From a virus, in IMG/VR virus record IMGVR_UViG_3300006735_000013, positions 1-64,000 of that record: a stretch of DNA of 64,000 bases; one strand, given 5' to 3'. Shown one piece after another: positions 1 through 9,620 of the stretch (the first letter of the stretch is position 1; each line of letters opens with the position of its first letter). The translations under genes and the position numbers were made by a program. Below the pieces are notes generated by a model. That model saw only the letters and a list, made by a program, of their open reading frames with translations, did no database searches and was not told the DNA's origin.

Positions 1-440
1 AAGCGAACATTGCCTTTTATGTATCCTTTTGAATTGTCGATACGGTCAAGTGAAGCGCGATAAACAGACCTGTCTTTTCTCACGGAAGATCCTTCCGGCA
101 ATAAAAGCTTCCACCCAGTAATCGGACATATTCCTCCCTGTTTCTCCCAAAGATATTTTAGATATTTTAAATCAACATCACTTTTGCCTTTTAGATATTC
201 CCTTCTTTTTATCGCCCTTAAGAAGTACCTAAAAGGAGTATATTCATCTGGTTTTCTTGTCGTTAAATTCTCTGCCTTACCTACTCCGAGATGTTCTCCC
301 AAGCTTTTTTGATTTGCTTTTCCAGAACATGTTCGCGAACAATAACTTGGCCTTCCAAATTTTTGACTTCTATTATATTCTTTCTTGTCTCTTGAAAATT
401 GTTTATTGCACACAGTGCAAACTAAATTGACTTTGGGCAT
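1..440 (-). CDS. HNH-like endonuclease with N-terminal Zn-finger (3' end runs off the window)
   Basis: Hand-translated from ATG at 440 (SD GGAGGTGGAG): MPKVNLVCTVC...YCSRTC...QGGICPITG...ASLDRIDNSKGYIKGNVR. The SLDRIDxxKGYxxGNV motif is typical of phage HNH-type endonucleases. Not in the ORF track because it is truncated. Confidence 0.8.
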   Translation of the reverse strand, partial: MPKVNLVCTVCNKQFSRDKKEYNRSQKFGRPSYCSRTCSGKANQKSLGEHLGVGKAENLTTRKPDEYTPFRYFLRAIKRREYLKGKSDVDLKYLKYLWEKQGGICPITGWKLLLPEGSSVRKDRSVYRASLDRIDNSKGYIKGNVR

Positions 441-507
441 CTCCACCTCCCTTATCTATATTAAATAGTATCTAAAAGGTGGAAACGCCCAAAGTTTTGG
501 GTGGATT

Positions 508-815
508 TGGAGGCGAGGAGAATCGAACTCCTGTCCAGAACATCTCAAATAATACGTCGTTCACAAGGTTAGTCTTGTTCTAGCACAAGACGACTATTAA
601 GTATCAAATATATAGTCAAATAAATTAACAAATCCAGATGTTCGGTTAGGAAGGTATCTGGAAAACCTCCTCAAGTTTTATGCGGCAAGCGCATAATCCT
701 CGAAAATTTCAACGTCATCGTTGGCATTTATAGTTTTGAGTGTTTTTACTGTGACCTCACTCACACAGCCTTGCACGTATTATCATCCTTACCCTGTCGA
801 TACCTTTACACCCCC
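508..815 (-). ncRNA. ssrA: tmRNA
   Basis: 5' GGGGGTGTAAAGGTATCGAC; 3' GGACAGGAGTTCGATTCTCCTCGCCTCCA with T-arm and a G3:U70 acceptor pair. Tag ORF at 725..678 reads ANDDVEIFEDYALAA*. CCA is not encoded. Confidence 0.96.
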
Positions 816-835
816 ATTCAAATATGATTCCAGTA

Positions 836-1546
836 CTAAGATGCACTGAAATCAACCAGCGTAACAGTCTTTGTAACTCCGCCGGCCGTAATCTTCATTA
901 GAATGTCTCCATCATCCCCAGTACCATTGCCGTTAGACATCCACAAGACAGACTGACCTTCTGATGGGTCTGATGGGTCAGAAGATTTCTCACCTAATGT
1001 GAGAGCACCATTGATATGAAGTTCCGTTGCAGGAGTACCCACTCCATTAATGCCCAGCCTGTTGTTGGATGCATCAAATTTCATTCCGGGATTTCCTGCA
1101 TTGGATCCGTTACCCTTGACAACAAAGTCTATGTTGTTGCTTCCATCGTTGATAGTAACCTCATGAGGGGCGGATGATTTTTCCTCTAGAGTAACCATGG
1201 CTTTACCACCTGCCTTGAGGATTATTTTATCATCAGCAAAATTTATTAATGTATTAGCATCACCGTTGTGATAAATGTATTGGTCGACCCCTATATTTCC
1301 AGCTACGTCAAGAGTGTAATCCGGAGAGTCTGTTCCGATTCCTACTTTACCAGTTTCGTCAACGATCATTCTCTGCGTTCCAGCAGTATCGAACCTAATT
1401 TTGTCTTCATCGTTAGACTCTTCAACAGTAACCTTCGTATCGCCGTCCAAGTCTCTTATCTTAGTGACAACCAGGGTGTTTTCGTCCACATCATCGCCAG
1501 TGATGGTGTCATCTTTTATTTGGCCCCCTCTTATTTGTACTGTCAT
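836..1546 (-). CDS. tail fibre/virion beta-rich protein
   Basis: Repeated RMIVDETGKVGIGTDSP / RLGINGVGTP motifs typical of phage fibre proteins. Confidence 0.6.
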   Translation of the reverse strand: MTVQIRGGQIKDDTITGDDVDENTLVVTKIRDLDGDTKVTVEESNDEDKIRFDTAGTQRMIVDETGKVGIGTDSPDYTLDVAGNIGVDQYIYHNGDANTLINFADDKIILKAGGKAMVTLEEKSSAPHEVTINDGSNNIDFVVKGNGSNAGNPGMKFDASNNRLGINGVGTPATELHINGALTLGEKSSDPSDPSEGQSVLWMSNGNGTGDDGDILMKITAGGVTKTVTLVDFSAS

Positions 1547-1590
1547 CTTTTACCTTTTTGTACGTTATTGTGTTGAAAATCCAAAAAGTT

Positions 1591-1686
1591 TCAGCAACAA
1601 CCTGTTTCACAGGAACAGCAGCCGCAGCAACAGCAGCAGTGTTTTGGATCAAATAGTGTAACTAATTTATGTAAAAATTTCTTCAT
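1591..1686 (-). CDS. 31-aa cysteine-rich microprotein MKKFLHKLVTLFDPKHCCCCCGCCSCETGCC
   Basis: Hand-translated. Strong SD (AAGGAGAG) before the ATG; fills the gap between two same-strand genes; 10 Cys in the last 15 residues. Confidence 0.75.
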   Translation of the reverse strand: MKKFLHKLVTLFDPKHCCCCCGCCSCETGCC

Positions 1687-1713
1687 GGTTTCTCTCCTTG
1701 TGTCAAATTGTTT

Positions 1714-2013
1714 TTAAGATTTCATATCTCTTGTATCTAGCATTCTTGCTGTAAATTCTCCTGGCGACAAAGGCTCCCTATCACTAACAGGCGAATCATA
1801 ACCAGATTTGCTGGCTAACATTTGAAGAATTTCTTCAAGTTCTTCCATTTCCAGTTCCACTAGTTTATCAATATCTCCATAAGTGTCGCGACTGCCAGCT
1901 ATATCTTTTGATAATTCCCTAATGTCATCAATAATTTCTTCTCTCTTGACTGATTCATTGAGAAAGTATCTTGGATTTACATGTTTCTTTTTATTTTTAT
2001 AAACTTTTGGCAT
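1714..2013 (-). CDS. hypothetical protein with PRYFLNE leader
   Basis: Start moved to ATG 2013 (SD TAGGAG). N-terminus MPKVYKNKKKHVNPRYFLNE is paralogous to the neighbouring gene. Confidence 0.7.
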   Translation of the reverse strand: MPKVYKNKKKHVNPRYFLNESVKREEIIDDIRELSKDIAGSRDTYGDIDKLVELEMEELEEILQMLASKSGYDSPVSDREPLSPGEFTARMLDTRDMKS

Positions 2014-2027
2014 TGTCTCATAATCTC

Positions 2028-2603
2028 CTACTGATATTCTGAATCTTTGTGAACCCACTGGCCTTGACCCATATCTGCACGATACCCTAGGGTTTTTCTT
2101 AGCCATGAATAAAGTTGCTGCTCATCTGGTGGTAAAAAGATTTTGTCACCTTCTCCTCTTTCTTTTGCCATCTTGGCACCTTTCTCTAAAAGCACTTTTA
2201 GCAACATAGAGTAGTCGTTCTTCTCTCCAGAGAAGTCAGAAGGGTGCCAGTTGTTCCAACCATGTTGTGGATCGTTGAGAACCTTTTCTAGAACATCTCT
2301 CAAATCTTCTGGTCTTGATCCATATAATGAGTCTTTTGCGGCGCCTGAATACATACCCTGACCTGTGAGCCGGTCAATCATCTTATCTATACCACGAGTG
2401 TGAGCACTAGCGCTTCCTTGTTCTTGCGACTGTTCTGATTCTAGTTCATCAGCCATTCTTCTCAAACCGTCAGGACTTAGTTGACCATCATCATTAGCAT
2501 CTAAATCATATCCTTCTTCAAGATCCAGATCTCTATTGGTTGTTTCATTCAAAAAATATCTTGGATCAATTCTTTTTCTATTTTGTTTATGAAATTTTGG
2601 CAT
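2028..2603 (-). CDS. hypothetical protein with PRYFLNE leader
   Basis: N-terminus MPKFHKQNRKRIDPRYFLNE; coupled to the upstream gene. Confidence 0.7.
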   Translation of the reverse strand: MPKFHKQNRKRIDPRYFLNETTNRDLDLEEGYDLDANDDGQLSPDGLRRMADELESEQSQEQGSASAHTRGIDKMIDRLTGQGMYSGAAKDSLYGSRPEDLRDVLEKVLNDPQHGWNNWHPSDFSGEKNDYSMLLKVLLEKGAKMAKERGEGDKIFLPPDEQQLYSWLRKTLGYRADMGQGQWVHKDSEYQ

Positions 2604-2983
2604 TACTGATTCTCCTCTTCTTGATCAACACCAGCTGTATCTAATATGTCTGTTTCATTTCCAGTGCAGACTGCGTCTAGAGCCACTTTCATTCCATCCT
2701 CCACCTCTTCTTTTCCAAACGCTTCCACAACTGTTACTAAATCTTTTACCACTTCTCTGAAGCTATTATCCAAACCCTTTAAAGCCAACAGATCATCTAT
2801 ATCATTTTCCTCATCACCCATTTGGTCTATTACGAACTCCAGATCGGCCCGGGCCCCGCAAATTTTATCTTTATTCCTCATCAAAAGTTCAGGCAAGGTT
2901 TCTAGATTTGTACCCATCTCAGGCATTGGTGACTCTTGCTGTTCTTTTACAAAACTCCTCCAGCTTTCCATAATAAGTTTCAT
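2603..2983 (-). CDS. hypothetical acidic protein with MKLIMESWRSFVKE leader
   Basis: ORF track; operon context. Confidence 0.7.
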   Translation of the reverse strand: MKLIMESWRSFVKEQQESPMPEMGTNLETLPELLMRNKDKICGARADLEFVIDQMGDEENDIDDLLALKGLDNSFREVVKDLVTVVEAFGKEEVEDGMKVALDAVCTGNETDILDTAGVDQEEENQ

Positions 2984-2986
2984 ATT

Positions 2987-3739
2987 TTAGTCTCCCGTAA
3001 AAACTTTATTCTTCTTAATTAGTCTAAAAGTATCCTTAACACTAGAAACGTTATACCATTCAAATGCTAGATCACTTTTTTTCAACTCTCTTATAATTCC
3101 ATAATCATTTCCACCTGGGGTGCACCGATCTCCGACGAATACTATTTTTTCTGCTCCTGATGAGCGAAGGAAAGATACCACCTGCCCTTTATCTCTTCCT
3201 TTTGGAATTATATCAATTGAGATTGATCCTCCAATTGTGGCTTCCAAGTCAGGGTAATCTTTATTTATTTTTTCAGCTATTACTAATCTTTCTTGGTTTT
3301 CTTGATCAAACTGTCTATATTCTTGTCTCTGCTTGTGAGAAGCATTTCTTCCTATAGTTGAAAAATTCAACATACCTGCACGAACTTCAAAATGATTCCC
3401 TGTTCTGTATGGGAACTTGCTTTTATTCATAAAGTCTTCTAATAATATATTCAAGTCTTCTGGTACTATAAAATTCACTCTTCTAATCAGACGCCCGCAG
3501 CTTTTGTAGGTTGTGTTGCCTAAACAACAGAATAGCAGGTTGAAATTATCTAAAACTTCTTGATCGATTTGTTCTTTGACTTTTACAAAATCAGAACCCG
3601 TGCAAATAAAACATTGTTTATCTTTTGACCATTCTAAAAATATTTTCTTGTTTTTTTCTAACATTTTCTGTCTTGGTTCGCACAGAGTGCCGTCGACATC
3701 AAATATGTAACAAATTTTATTTGGCTCTATTGTAATCAT
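2987..3739 (-). CDS. HAD-IIB hydrolase, eukaryote-type phosphomannomutase family
   Basis: Motifs FDVDGTL, TGSD, EVRAGMLNFSTIGR, GGSISIDI, GDRCTPGGNDY. Confidence 0.85.
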   Translation of the reverse strand: MITIEPNKICYIFDVDGTLCEPRQKMLEKNKKIFLEWSKDKQCFICTGSDFVKVKEQIDQEVLDNFNLLFCCLGNTTYKSCGRLIRRVNFIVPEDLNILLEDFMNKSKFPYRTGNHFEVRAGMLNFSTIGRNASHKQRQEYRQFDQENQERLVIAEKINKDYPDLEATIGGSISIDIIPKGRDKGQVVSFLRSSGAEKIVFVGDRCTPGGNDYGIIRELKKSDLAFEWYNVSSVKDTFRLIKKNKVFTGD

Positions 3740-4073
3740 CTTCTAATCTCACTACATCTTCAATTTCTGGAGTGCTCACCTCACACAGTAGAACATCTGT
3801 TTCTATTGCACAAAACCTATGAACCAGACCTGGATAGATATGAAAATTTTCGTTCTTTTCTAATTTTGTTGTTTCAACGTTGCTTTCGCTACCAATCTCT
3901 AAAGTTAGTATACCAGATTCCACTATTATTGTTTCATCCTTCTTTTCATGAAATTGCCTAGAAAGTCTATGTCCCTTTTTTATAAAAAGCTTTTTTCCTA
4001 CATATTTTTCTGTCTTGGCCCAGATTATTTCATGGCCCCACGGTTTTTCTATTTTTATTTTACTGCTTTTCAT
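3717..4073 (-). CDS. cupin protein, mannose-6-phosphate isomerase type II-like
   Basis: Motifs KPWG, LSRQFHEKKDET, PGLVHRF, EVSTPE; adjacent to the PMM-like gene. Confidence 0.8.
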   Translation of the reverse strand: MKSSKIKIEKPWGHEIIWAKTEKYVGKKLFIKKGHRLSRQFHEKKDETIIVESGILTLEIGSESNVETTKLEKNENFHIYPGLVHRFCAIETDVLLCEVSTPEIEDVVRLEDDYNRAK

Positions 4074-4434
4074 TATTGCTTCTCGTAAATTCAATATCAA
4101 ATCTTTTTATCATATTGTTTAAATTTTGCTTTGAGGTGCCTAACACTACGGACGCGTCTCTTTTGTTTTTGGTTACAGATAAAGCATATCGAACAAAGGC
4201 TTCAGTACATATTTCAGGAAAATATTTCAATATTGAGAAGCCTAACAATTTGCCTTTTAGTGATATAGACAAGCTATCTAATTTTAGATATATAAGATCC
4301 TCTAATGTTAGATGTTTTATTTTATTTATAAAATCTTTATCTATTTTATTTTTTTCTAGAAGCTCTTTTCTATAATTATAATTTTGATTATTTGATTTAT
4401 ATTTTGTTTTTCTCAATGAATTATTGAACAACAT
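4060..4434 (-). CDS. protein with C-terminal Fis-type helix-turn-helix
   Basis: C-terminal ALSVTKNKRDASVVLGTSKQNLNNMIKRFDI matches the Fis/HTH_8 pattern. Confidence 0.6.
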   Translation of the reverse strand: MLFNNSLRKTKYKSNNQNYNYRKELLEKNKIDKDFINKIKHLTLEDLIYLKLDSLSISLKGKLLGFSILKYFPEICTEAFVRYALSVTKNKRDASVVLGTSKQNLNNMIKRFDIEFTRSNNEKQ

Positions 4435-4507
4435 TGTATTTCCTAACTGCCGAACCCAACCACCTCAACTAAAATAGCATATTCAAATTTATAAATCAAG
4501 GTTTTTT

Positions 4508-7500
4508 TTAGATTGCGTCTAGGCCGGCCTCTTCATCGGGGCTTTTTGCTTGCTCGTACTCATCGTTTGTTGGCTCTTCTGGTGGGATAGCTGATGTCTC
4601 ATTGTCCCATTTATCAAAATAAAGTTTTATGTTTGCTATAAGATAGTCGTAAAACATCTCTTGATCTTCTGGGTTATCCAACTCACCATAATAATCTATA
4701 ATAGACTTTTCAATAGTTGGGTAGACTCTTTCTGCTTTGTTGCGACCGGTCGTGTCAGCGCCAGAGATTGGCTTCATCTTCTCTTCTTCTGGGTCTGGCT
4801 CTTTAGGTTCATCTTTTTCAGATCCATCTCCAGCATCAATAAACTTTTCTTCATCGCCAGGCAGGGTCTCATCATTTACGCCCTCAACATCGATACCAAC
4901 CTGTTCTGCCAAACTATCTTTAGGTTTAGTATCATTCAATTTTACGGGGGCTAGAGTGTCCTGTATCCACTTTACAATATGTGCACGAAAAGATCTTTTT
5001 TGGTCTTCATTTGTTGTCAGTGTCTTGTAAACTTCTCTCAATGTTGAAAGAACGTTCGTGTTCTTAAGAAGATCTTTCAAGGTGTTAATACCAGTGCTGT
5101 CAGAAGAATCTACGGATGGGCCTTCTGCTGCTTGTTCTAGTATTATGTCTCTCAAAGATACTCTAAGCTGATGCTCTTGAATTATGTACTCGATAAGATC
5201 TTGTCTTTCTTTTTTCTTATTTTGTATAAATTCTTTAATTCCTATACGAATTGTTTTTCTTAGTATTTTTTCTTGTTCTTTCAAGTCCTCTTCTCCTATG
5301 TCAGCAGGTTCCGCTATAATAGGGCCCGCAAAACCACCTTTCTTTTTTCTTGGAGGGCCCCCAACGGTACCAGCAAATCCAGCCACTGCACCCCCAGCCA
5401 CTGCACTTGCTTCTTCGACTTCTTCTTCTGCTAAGAAAGCATTAGATATATCTTTTGGTCTACCTTTGTGAAACCCACCACCATGTTTGGTCAGATCTTG
5501 TCGACCCATATCTAAATAGGTTTTGTGAGCCTTTGAAAGCCTTTTTCTCATTCTTCTTTGAAATTTACCTTTTGAAGGGCCTGCTTTTGGAGCAGTTTGT
5601 TTGCGAAAGCTCTTTACAACCTCTCTTATCATCTCTTGTAGACCCTCTGCATCAATTTCTGGTTCCTGCACTTGATCTTCTTCTGGACGAGAAGCGTCAG
5701 CAGGGTTTAAACTTAAAATTCCCATTATAGCTAAAACATCTTCTGGCCTAGCTACAAAATCTTTTAGAAATTCTAATCCAATTGGGTCAATAGTTGCTAG
5801 ATCAATGAAATCTCTCATGTCTGAAGCGTGATACAGAGCCGCATCGCTCGGCCGGCCCTTACCCTTGTTTAGTGTCTGTTCAATAGTTGGATTGTCCGCG
5901 AGCAACGAAAGATACTCTGTAGAGTGTTGAAAAGGCCCAACTGCTTTGGTTTCAATAGTTAGGTCAGGTCGCTTCTCTTTGCTTTTTGCTAATACTTTTG
6001 GACCGTACCTACTAGCATCATCACCTTTCTGCCCAACACCCAAAATTACAGTAGACCCTTCAGGTGCTGAATATACATTTTCTGAATCCGCTGGATGTTG
6101 TATAAAATTGATTGCGGTCATCATAGATGAGGCTACTCCCGGAGGACCAATCATAACTTCGGCTTTGTCTTTTATAGACGATTTGTCTATCATCACTTGC
6201 CAACATTGCACCGCCTGTTCAGCGCTGATTGAGCTGCCAGACTTCATCGCCCGTCCTGAAAGTTGTGGAGCTGAGACGAAAATATAAATTATATCGGCGC
6301 CTTCAGCCAGTGCTTCTGCAGCCAGCAAATGTCCCTTATGCGGCGGTTTGAAAGACCCCGGAAATAGAGCTACAGTAGGGGGCCCAGAATCGCCCTCTAA
6401 AGGACTTTGTTGCTTATCTTGAGGCTCTATAGGTCCGAAGCGTTGAAAGCGTTCCATACCCAAAGTTTGGTTGGTTGGAGCAAAGTTTCCTGTAAACTTG
6501 TAGGTGACACCGTTATAGTCAAACACAAATCCCTCTGATGGGGTGTTTATATTTTTGACATCTTTCAATTTTATGAGTTGCTTTTCAAGCTCTTGTTTGG
6601 CTCTTTCATTTGACGAATCTTGTATATTGTTGATTGTATCTTTTACTTGATCCTGTAAGAATCTTATTTGTTTTGCGTTATCTTGTATAAAGGAGCTAGC
6701 AACGCCGTCTACCATTGCAACAGAAAAATCATGGAGCACCCTTTGCAAGTCAAGGGTGTAAGAAGCATATCGAAAGTTTTTTATCCAATTTCCCAATTCA
6801 GACTTCAAGTCAGTTGGCATACCTCTCGTAATGTCAGTAATACTGGGAACTTTTCCGTCTACTCCCGGCATCTTCATCACTCTTCGAAGTACTTTGCGAT
6901 TTAGATCATCATCAAGACCAAACTCTTCTATTTGCGGAACAGTCTGAGCTATAACATAATCGTTTACAGTATTGCTGTCGTTAGTGCCTATATCTTGCAT
7001 TAGATTGTTAACAGAATCTAGCGTGTCTCGAAGAATTGATTTGTTTTTTAGACCAGGCAATTTTACAACAGGATTAGTCTCAACAGAAAATATTGATACG
7101 TCATCAGTATCTTTTCCAACTAGATTTCTCTCTAAAGACTCAAAATTTTCAGTTGGATCGTATTCTAGTTTCTTGCCAGTTTCTTGATCAAATTTAGCAT
7201 GGCCAACTCTGTGAATAAGGATAGTCTTTTTATCATATGGTATAACATTTGTAGTACCAAAGCCCCTAGGGTCACCCTCTTCTAAATCAGGGGTACCAGG
7301 ATTCATTATTTCTGTGTTGAAATAGATATCAGTGTTTGGTCCAAAAATTCTTTCTTGTTCTTCTCTTTCTAGGTCTTTGACTGCGTTCTCAAAAGATTCT
7401 AGTGCTTCAACAAAGCTGTGCCTCAATGCTTGGCTTGGGTGGTTCGCAAAGAAAGAATCAAGCTCCTCTACATCAAGCCCACCCAGTTTTATTTGGCCCT

Positions 7501-7705
7501 TATTTCGTGCAGCCTTAGCTCTGCCGGTCAAAACATCAAAGGAGAGAAAGATGTTTTGACCATCAGTTTTTTCGGTTCCACGAAGCTTGCCATCGGCAGC
7601 TGCCTGAAGTAGTTGCTTGAGTTCGCCAAAAGTCATTTCCCCATTATCATAGATATGGTTCATGTGACCTGCGACAGCACCCTCTAAAAGAAGATCCTTA
7701 GACAC
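4508..7705 (-). CDS. multidomain protein: ligase-like nucleotidyltransferase + HxGH cytidylyltransferase-like domain + acidic C-terminal region
   Basis: TEKTDGQN (KxDG motif I) and EGFVF...YKFTG (motifs IV/V), followed by ALFPGSFKPPHKGH. Confidence 0.7.
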   Translation of the reverse strand: MSKDLLLEGAVAGHMNHIYDNGEMTFGELKQLLQAAADGKLRGTEKTDGQNIFLSFDVLTGRAKAARNKGQIKLGGLDVEELDSFFANHPSQALRHSFVEALESFENAVKDLEREEQERIFGPNTDIYFNTEIMNPGTPDLEEGDPRGFGTTNVIPYDKKTILIHRVGHAKFDQETGKKLEYDPTENFESLERNLVGKDTDDVSIFSVETNPVVKLPGLKNKSILRDTLDSVNNLMQDIGTNDSNTVNDYVIAQTVPQIEEFGLDDDLNRKVLRRVMKMPGVDGKVPSITDITRGMPTDLKSELGNWIKNFRYASYTLDLQRVLHDFSVAMVDGVASSFIQDNAKQIRFLQDQVKDTINNIQDSSNERAKQELEKQLIKLKDVKNINTPSEGFVFDYNGVTYKFTGNFAPTNQTLGMERFQRFGPIEPQDKQQSPLEGDSGPPTVALFPGSFKPPHKGHLLAAEALAEGADIIYIFVSAPQLSGRAMKSGSSISAEQAVQCWQVMIDKSSIKDKAEVMIGPPGVASSMMTAINFIQHPADSENVYSAPEGSTVILGVGQKGDDASRYGPKVLAKSKEKRPDLTIETKAVGPFQHSTEYLSLLADNPTIEQTLNKGKGRPSDAALYHASDMRDFIDLATIDPIGLEFLKDFVARPEDVLAIMGILSLNPADASRPEEDQVQEPEIDAEGLQEMIREVVKSFRKQTAPKAGPSKGKFQRRMRKRLSKAHKTYLDMGRQDLTKHGGGFHKGRPKDISNAFLAEEEVEEASAVAGGAVAGFAGTVGGPPRKKKGGFAGPIIAEPADIGEEDLKEQEKILRKTIRIGIKEFIQNKKKERQDLIEYIIQEHQLRVSLRDIILEQAAEGPSVDSSDSTGINTLKDLLKNTNVLSTLREVYKTLTTNEDQKRSFRAHIVKWIQDTLAPVKLNDTKPKDSLAEQVGIDVEGVNDETLPGDEEKFIDAGDGSEKDEPKEPDPEEEKMKPISGADTTGRNKAERVYPTIEKSIIDYYGELDNPEDQEMFYDYLIANIKLYFDKWDNETSAIPPEEPTNDEYEQAKSPDEEAGLDAI

Positions 7706-7717
7706 AATACTAAATCC

Positions 7718-9577
7718 TTATTTTATCCAGAGTTTCTTTAGTGTATCAAAGATTTGGTTGTTTCTATTGTTAAATCTTGATTCGTAAAGCTCTTGCTCTT
7801 TTTCTGGAGTGTAAACCTTTGACTCATTTGCAGGATCATCAGGATCCGCCCACTTTGGCTTTCCATCCTTATCTCCATCAAGAGAGTCATCATTTGCAAA
7901 CTGCTTTTCGTCTACTTTTTGAGTGCACTTGCAGTCTTTTGCTCCAGTTTCCCCTCTCTTGCATGCTGGACAATCGCAGTCTGCACCTTTTGGGCATTTC
8001 TTGCCTTCTTCAATTTCTTCATTTTCTTTGATTTTGACTGATAAGTTATCAGGATGTGGCTTACCTGATCCAGGGCAACCTTGCTCAGGTGTTAACCCAC
8101 AGCAAGAGCTTTCCTTTTCGTCTAATACTTTTTTGTCATCTTTTTTGTGACTTCCGCATCCGGTTTCGTCGAGGGTCATGGCCGCTGCGGCCGCCCCAGC
8201 CGCCCCAGCCGCAGCCGAGGCCTCGGCGTACGCCTCTTCGGTGATACAACTCCCATTAAACATCTTGCCTTGTGTACCATTCTGCAGAGTGCATACCTTA
8301 CCATTCTTCGTCCGTTTGGCGTCAAATTTACTAACCTTGTCTGAAACCCTGTTTTGCTCGCTTATCTCTTTTCTTACCATTTCTTCTAGTGTTGGTAAGG
8401 GCCTATATAGGGCCTGCATTGCTGGATCGTCTTCAACAGCAGACAGAGCCTTTAGTGCACCAGATCTTCTTGCTTTGTCTACGATTGCGCGATCTTGCGC
8501 TGGAAGCTTTGGATCCAGCTTTTTCGCTTTCTTTGCAAACTTGGTGGTAAAACTCTTTCCCTTATAGACAAAAATAGGCATGCGATTTCTGGTGGCTTCT
8601 CGATAAGCAATTCCTCTAGATTTTGCTTTACTAAAATCTGGAGCTTTTCTTCCCCTATAGTCTTTGCCCATGCTCCACTTCTTGCCCATTGCAAAAGCTT
8701 CTTCGCGCTGACTCAAGGCCGCCCCAACATCCTTCATCATGGCGCGCCCTTGTCGTTGCTGATCAAGCTCGACATTCGTTTGATTTCTTTGTCTCATGAT
8801 CTCCGCATCCTCATCCGCACCGGTCCGCTGGCCAGCTGCTGTTCTGGGGGATCTTGCTAGATCTAAGCCTGTTTTCATGCCCCTGGCCTCTCCAGTCTCT
8901 CCGTCCGGGCCCTGTTTATCGACAAACTTCTGAATACTTGAACCCAGGGCGCGCTCATCGTCGGCCGGCGCGTTTTGGAACACTTGAGATAATATCTCTT
9001 CTTCATATCCATCTCCACCCAGCCCCAATTCCTGATTTCTTCGAGCAATCATACGAGCGCGCTCGCGCGATGTCATCTGCTCATTTACTCTTTTTCTTTT
9101 TTTCAAAAGTTTTCCAATGAGATTTTTCAACTCATTTTTTGATATTTTTATAGCCATTTTTTTACTCTCCTTTAAAAACTTGACTTCTTCTAATTGTTTT
9201 TTACATTTATCTTCCCAATCACGAAAGCACATATTACCCTGTTCATAAGCTTGTCTTTCCATATCTCTCATGTGGGAGTCTTCTTGCGCATATCCGGGCC
9301 CTAGAGAACCACACTTTTCCGGCGCTAAATCTCCTCTAAGATTCTGAGTATGATGCACTAATTCGTGAGCGATAGATCTAAGTATATCTTTCGGGTGTCT
9401 ATCTGAAACAAAAATGGTAACACTTTCTCTTTCCGGATCGTAATATGCTGTTTTGCCTAATATATTTTTTGAGTTCTCAGCATCCTGCTTTAGAAAAAGC
9501 CTTGGTGGATGAGAAAACCCCATACGCTTTTGCGCGAAACCCATAAGATTTTTTATTAGTGTCTGCAGATCTTGCAC
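7718..9577 (-). CDS. HExxH Zn-metallopeptidase-like domain fused to a low-complexity, Cys-rich region
   Basis: DILRSIAHELVHHTQ...ERQAYEQG; internal SD+ATG at 9157; C-terminal CPKGADCDCPAC. Confidence 0.65.
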   Translation of the reverse strand: MQDLQTLIKNLMGFAQKRMGFSHPPRLFLKQDAENSKNILGKTAYYDPERESVTIFVSDRHPKDILRSIAHELVHHTQNLRGDLAPEKCGSLGPGYAQEDSHMRDMERQAYEQGNMCFRDWEDKCKKQLEEVKFLKESKKMAIKISKNELKNLIGKLLKKRKRVNEQMTSRERARMIARRNQELGLGGDGYEEEILSQVFQNAPADDERALGSSIQKFVDKQGPDGETGEARGMKTGLDLARSPRTAAGQRTGADEDAEIMRQRNQTNVELDQQRQGRAMMKDVGAALSQREEAFAMGKKWSMGKDYRGRKAPDFSKAKSRGIAYREATRNRMPIFVYKGKSFTTKFAKKAKKLDPKLPAQDRAIVDKARRSGALKALSAVEDDPAMQALYRPLPTLEEMVRKEISEQNRVSDKVSKFDAKRTKNGKVCTLQNGTQGKMFNGSCITEEAYAEASAAAGAAGAAAAAMTLDETGCGSHKKDDKKVLDEKESSCCGLTPEQGCPGSGKPHPDNLSVKIKENEEIEEGKKCPKGADCDCPACKRGETGAKDCKCTQKVDEKQFANDDSLDGDKDGKPKWADPDDPANESKVYTPEKEQELYESRFNNRNNQIFDTLKKLWIK

Positions 9578-9620
9578 TTATAACCCTCTAAAAAAGAAAA
9601 ATAACTATAAATAAATAGTT

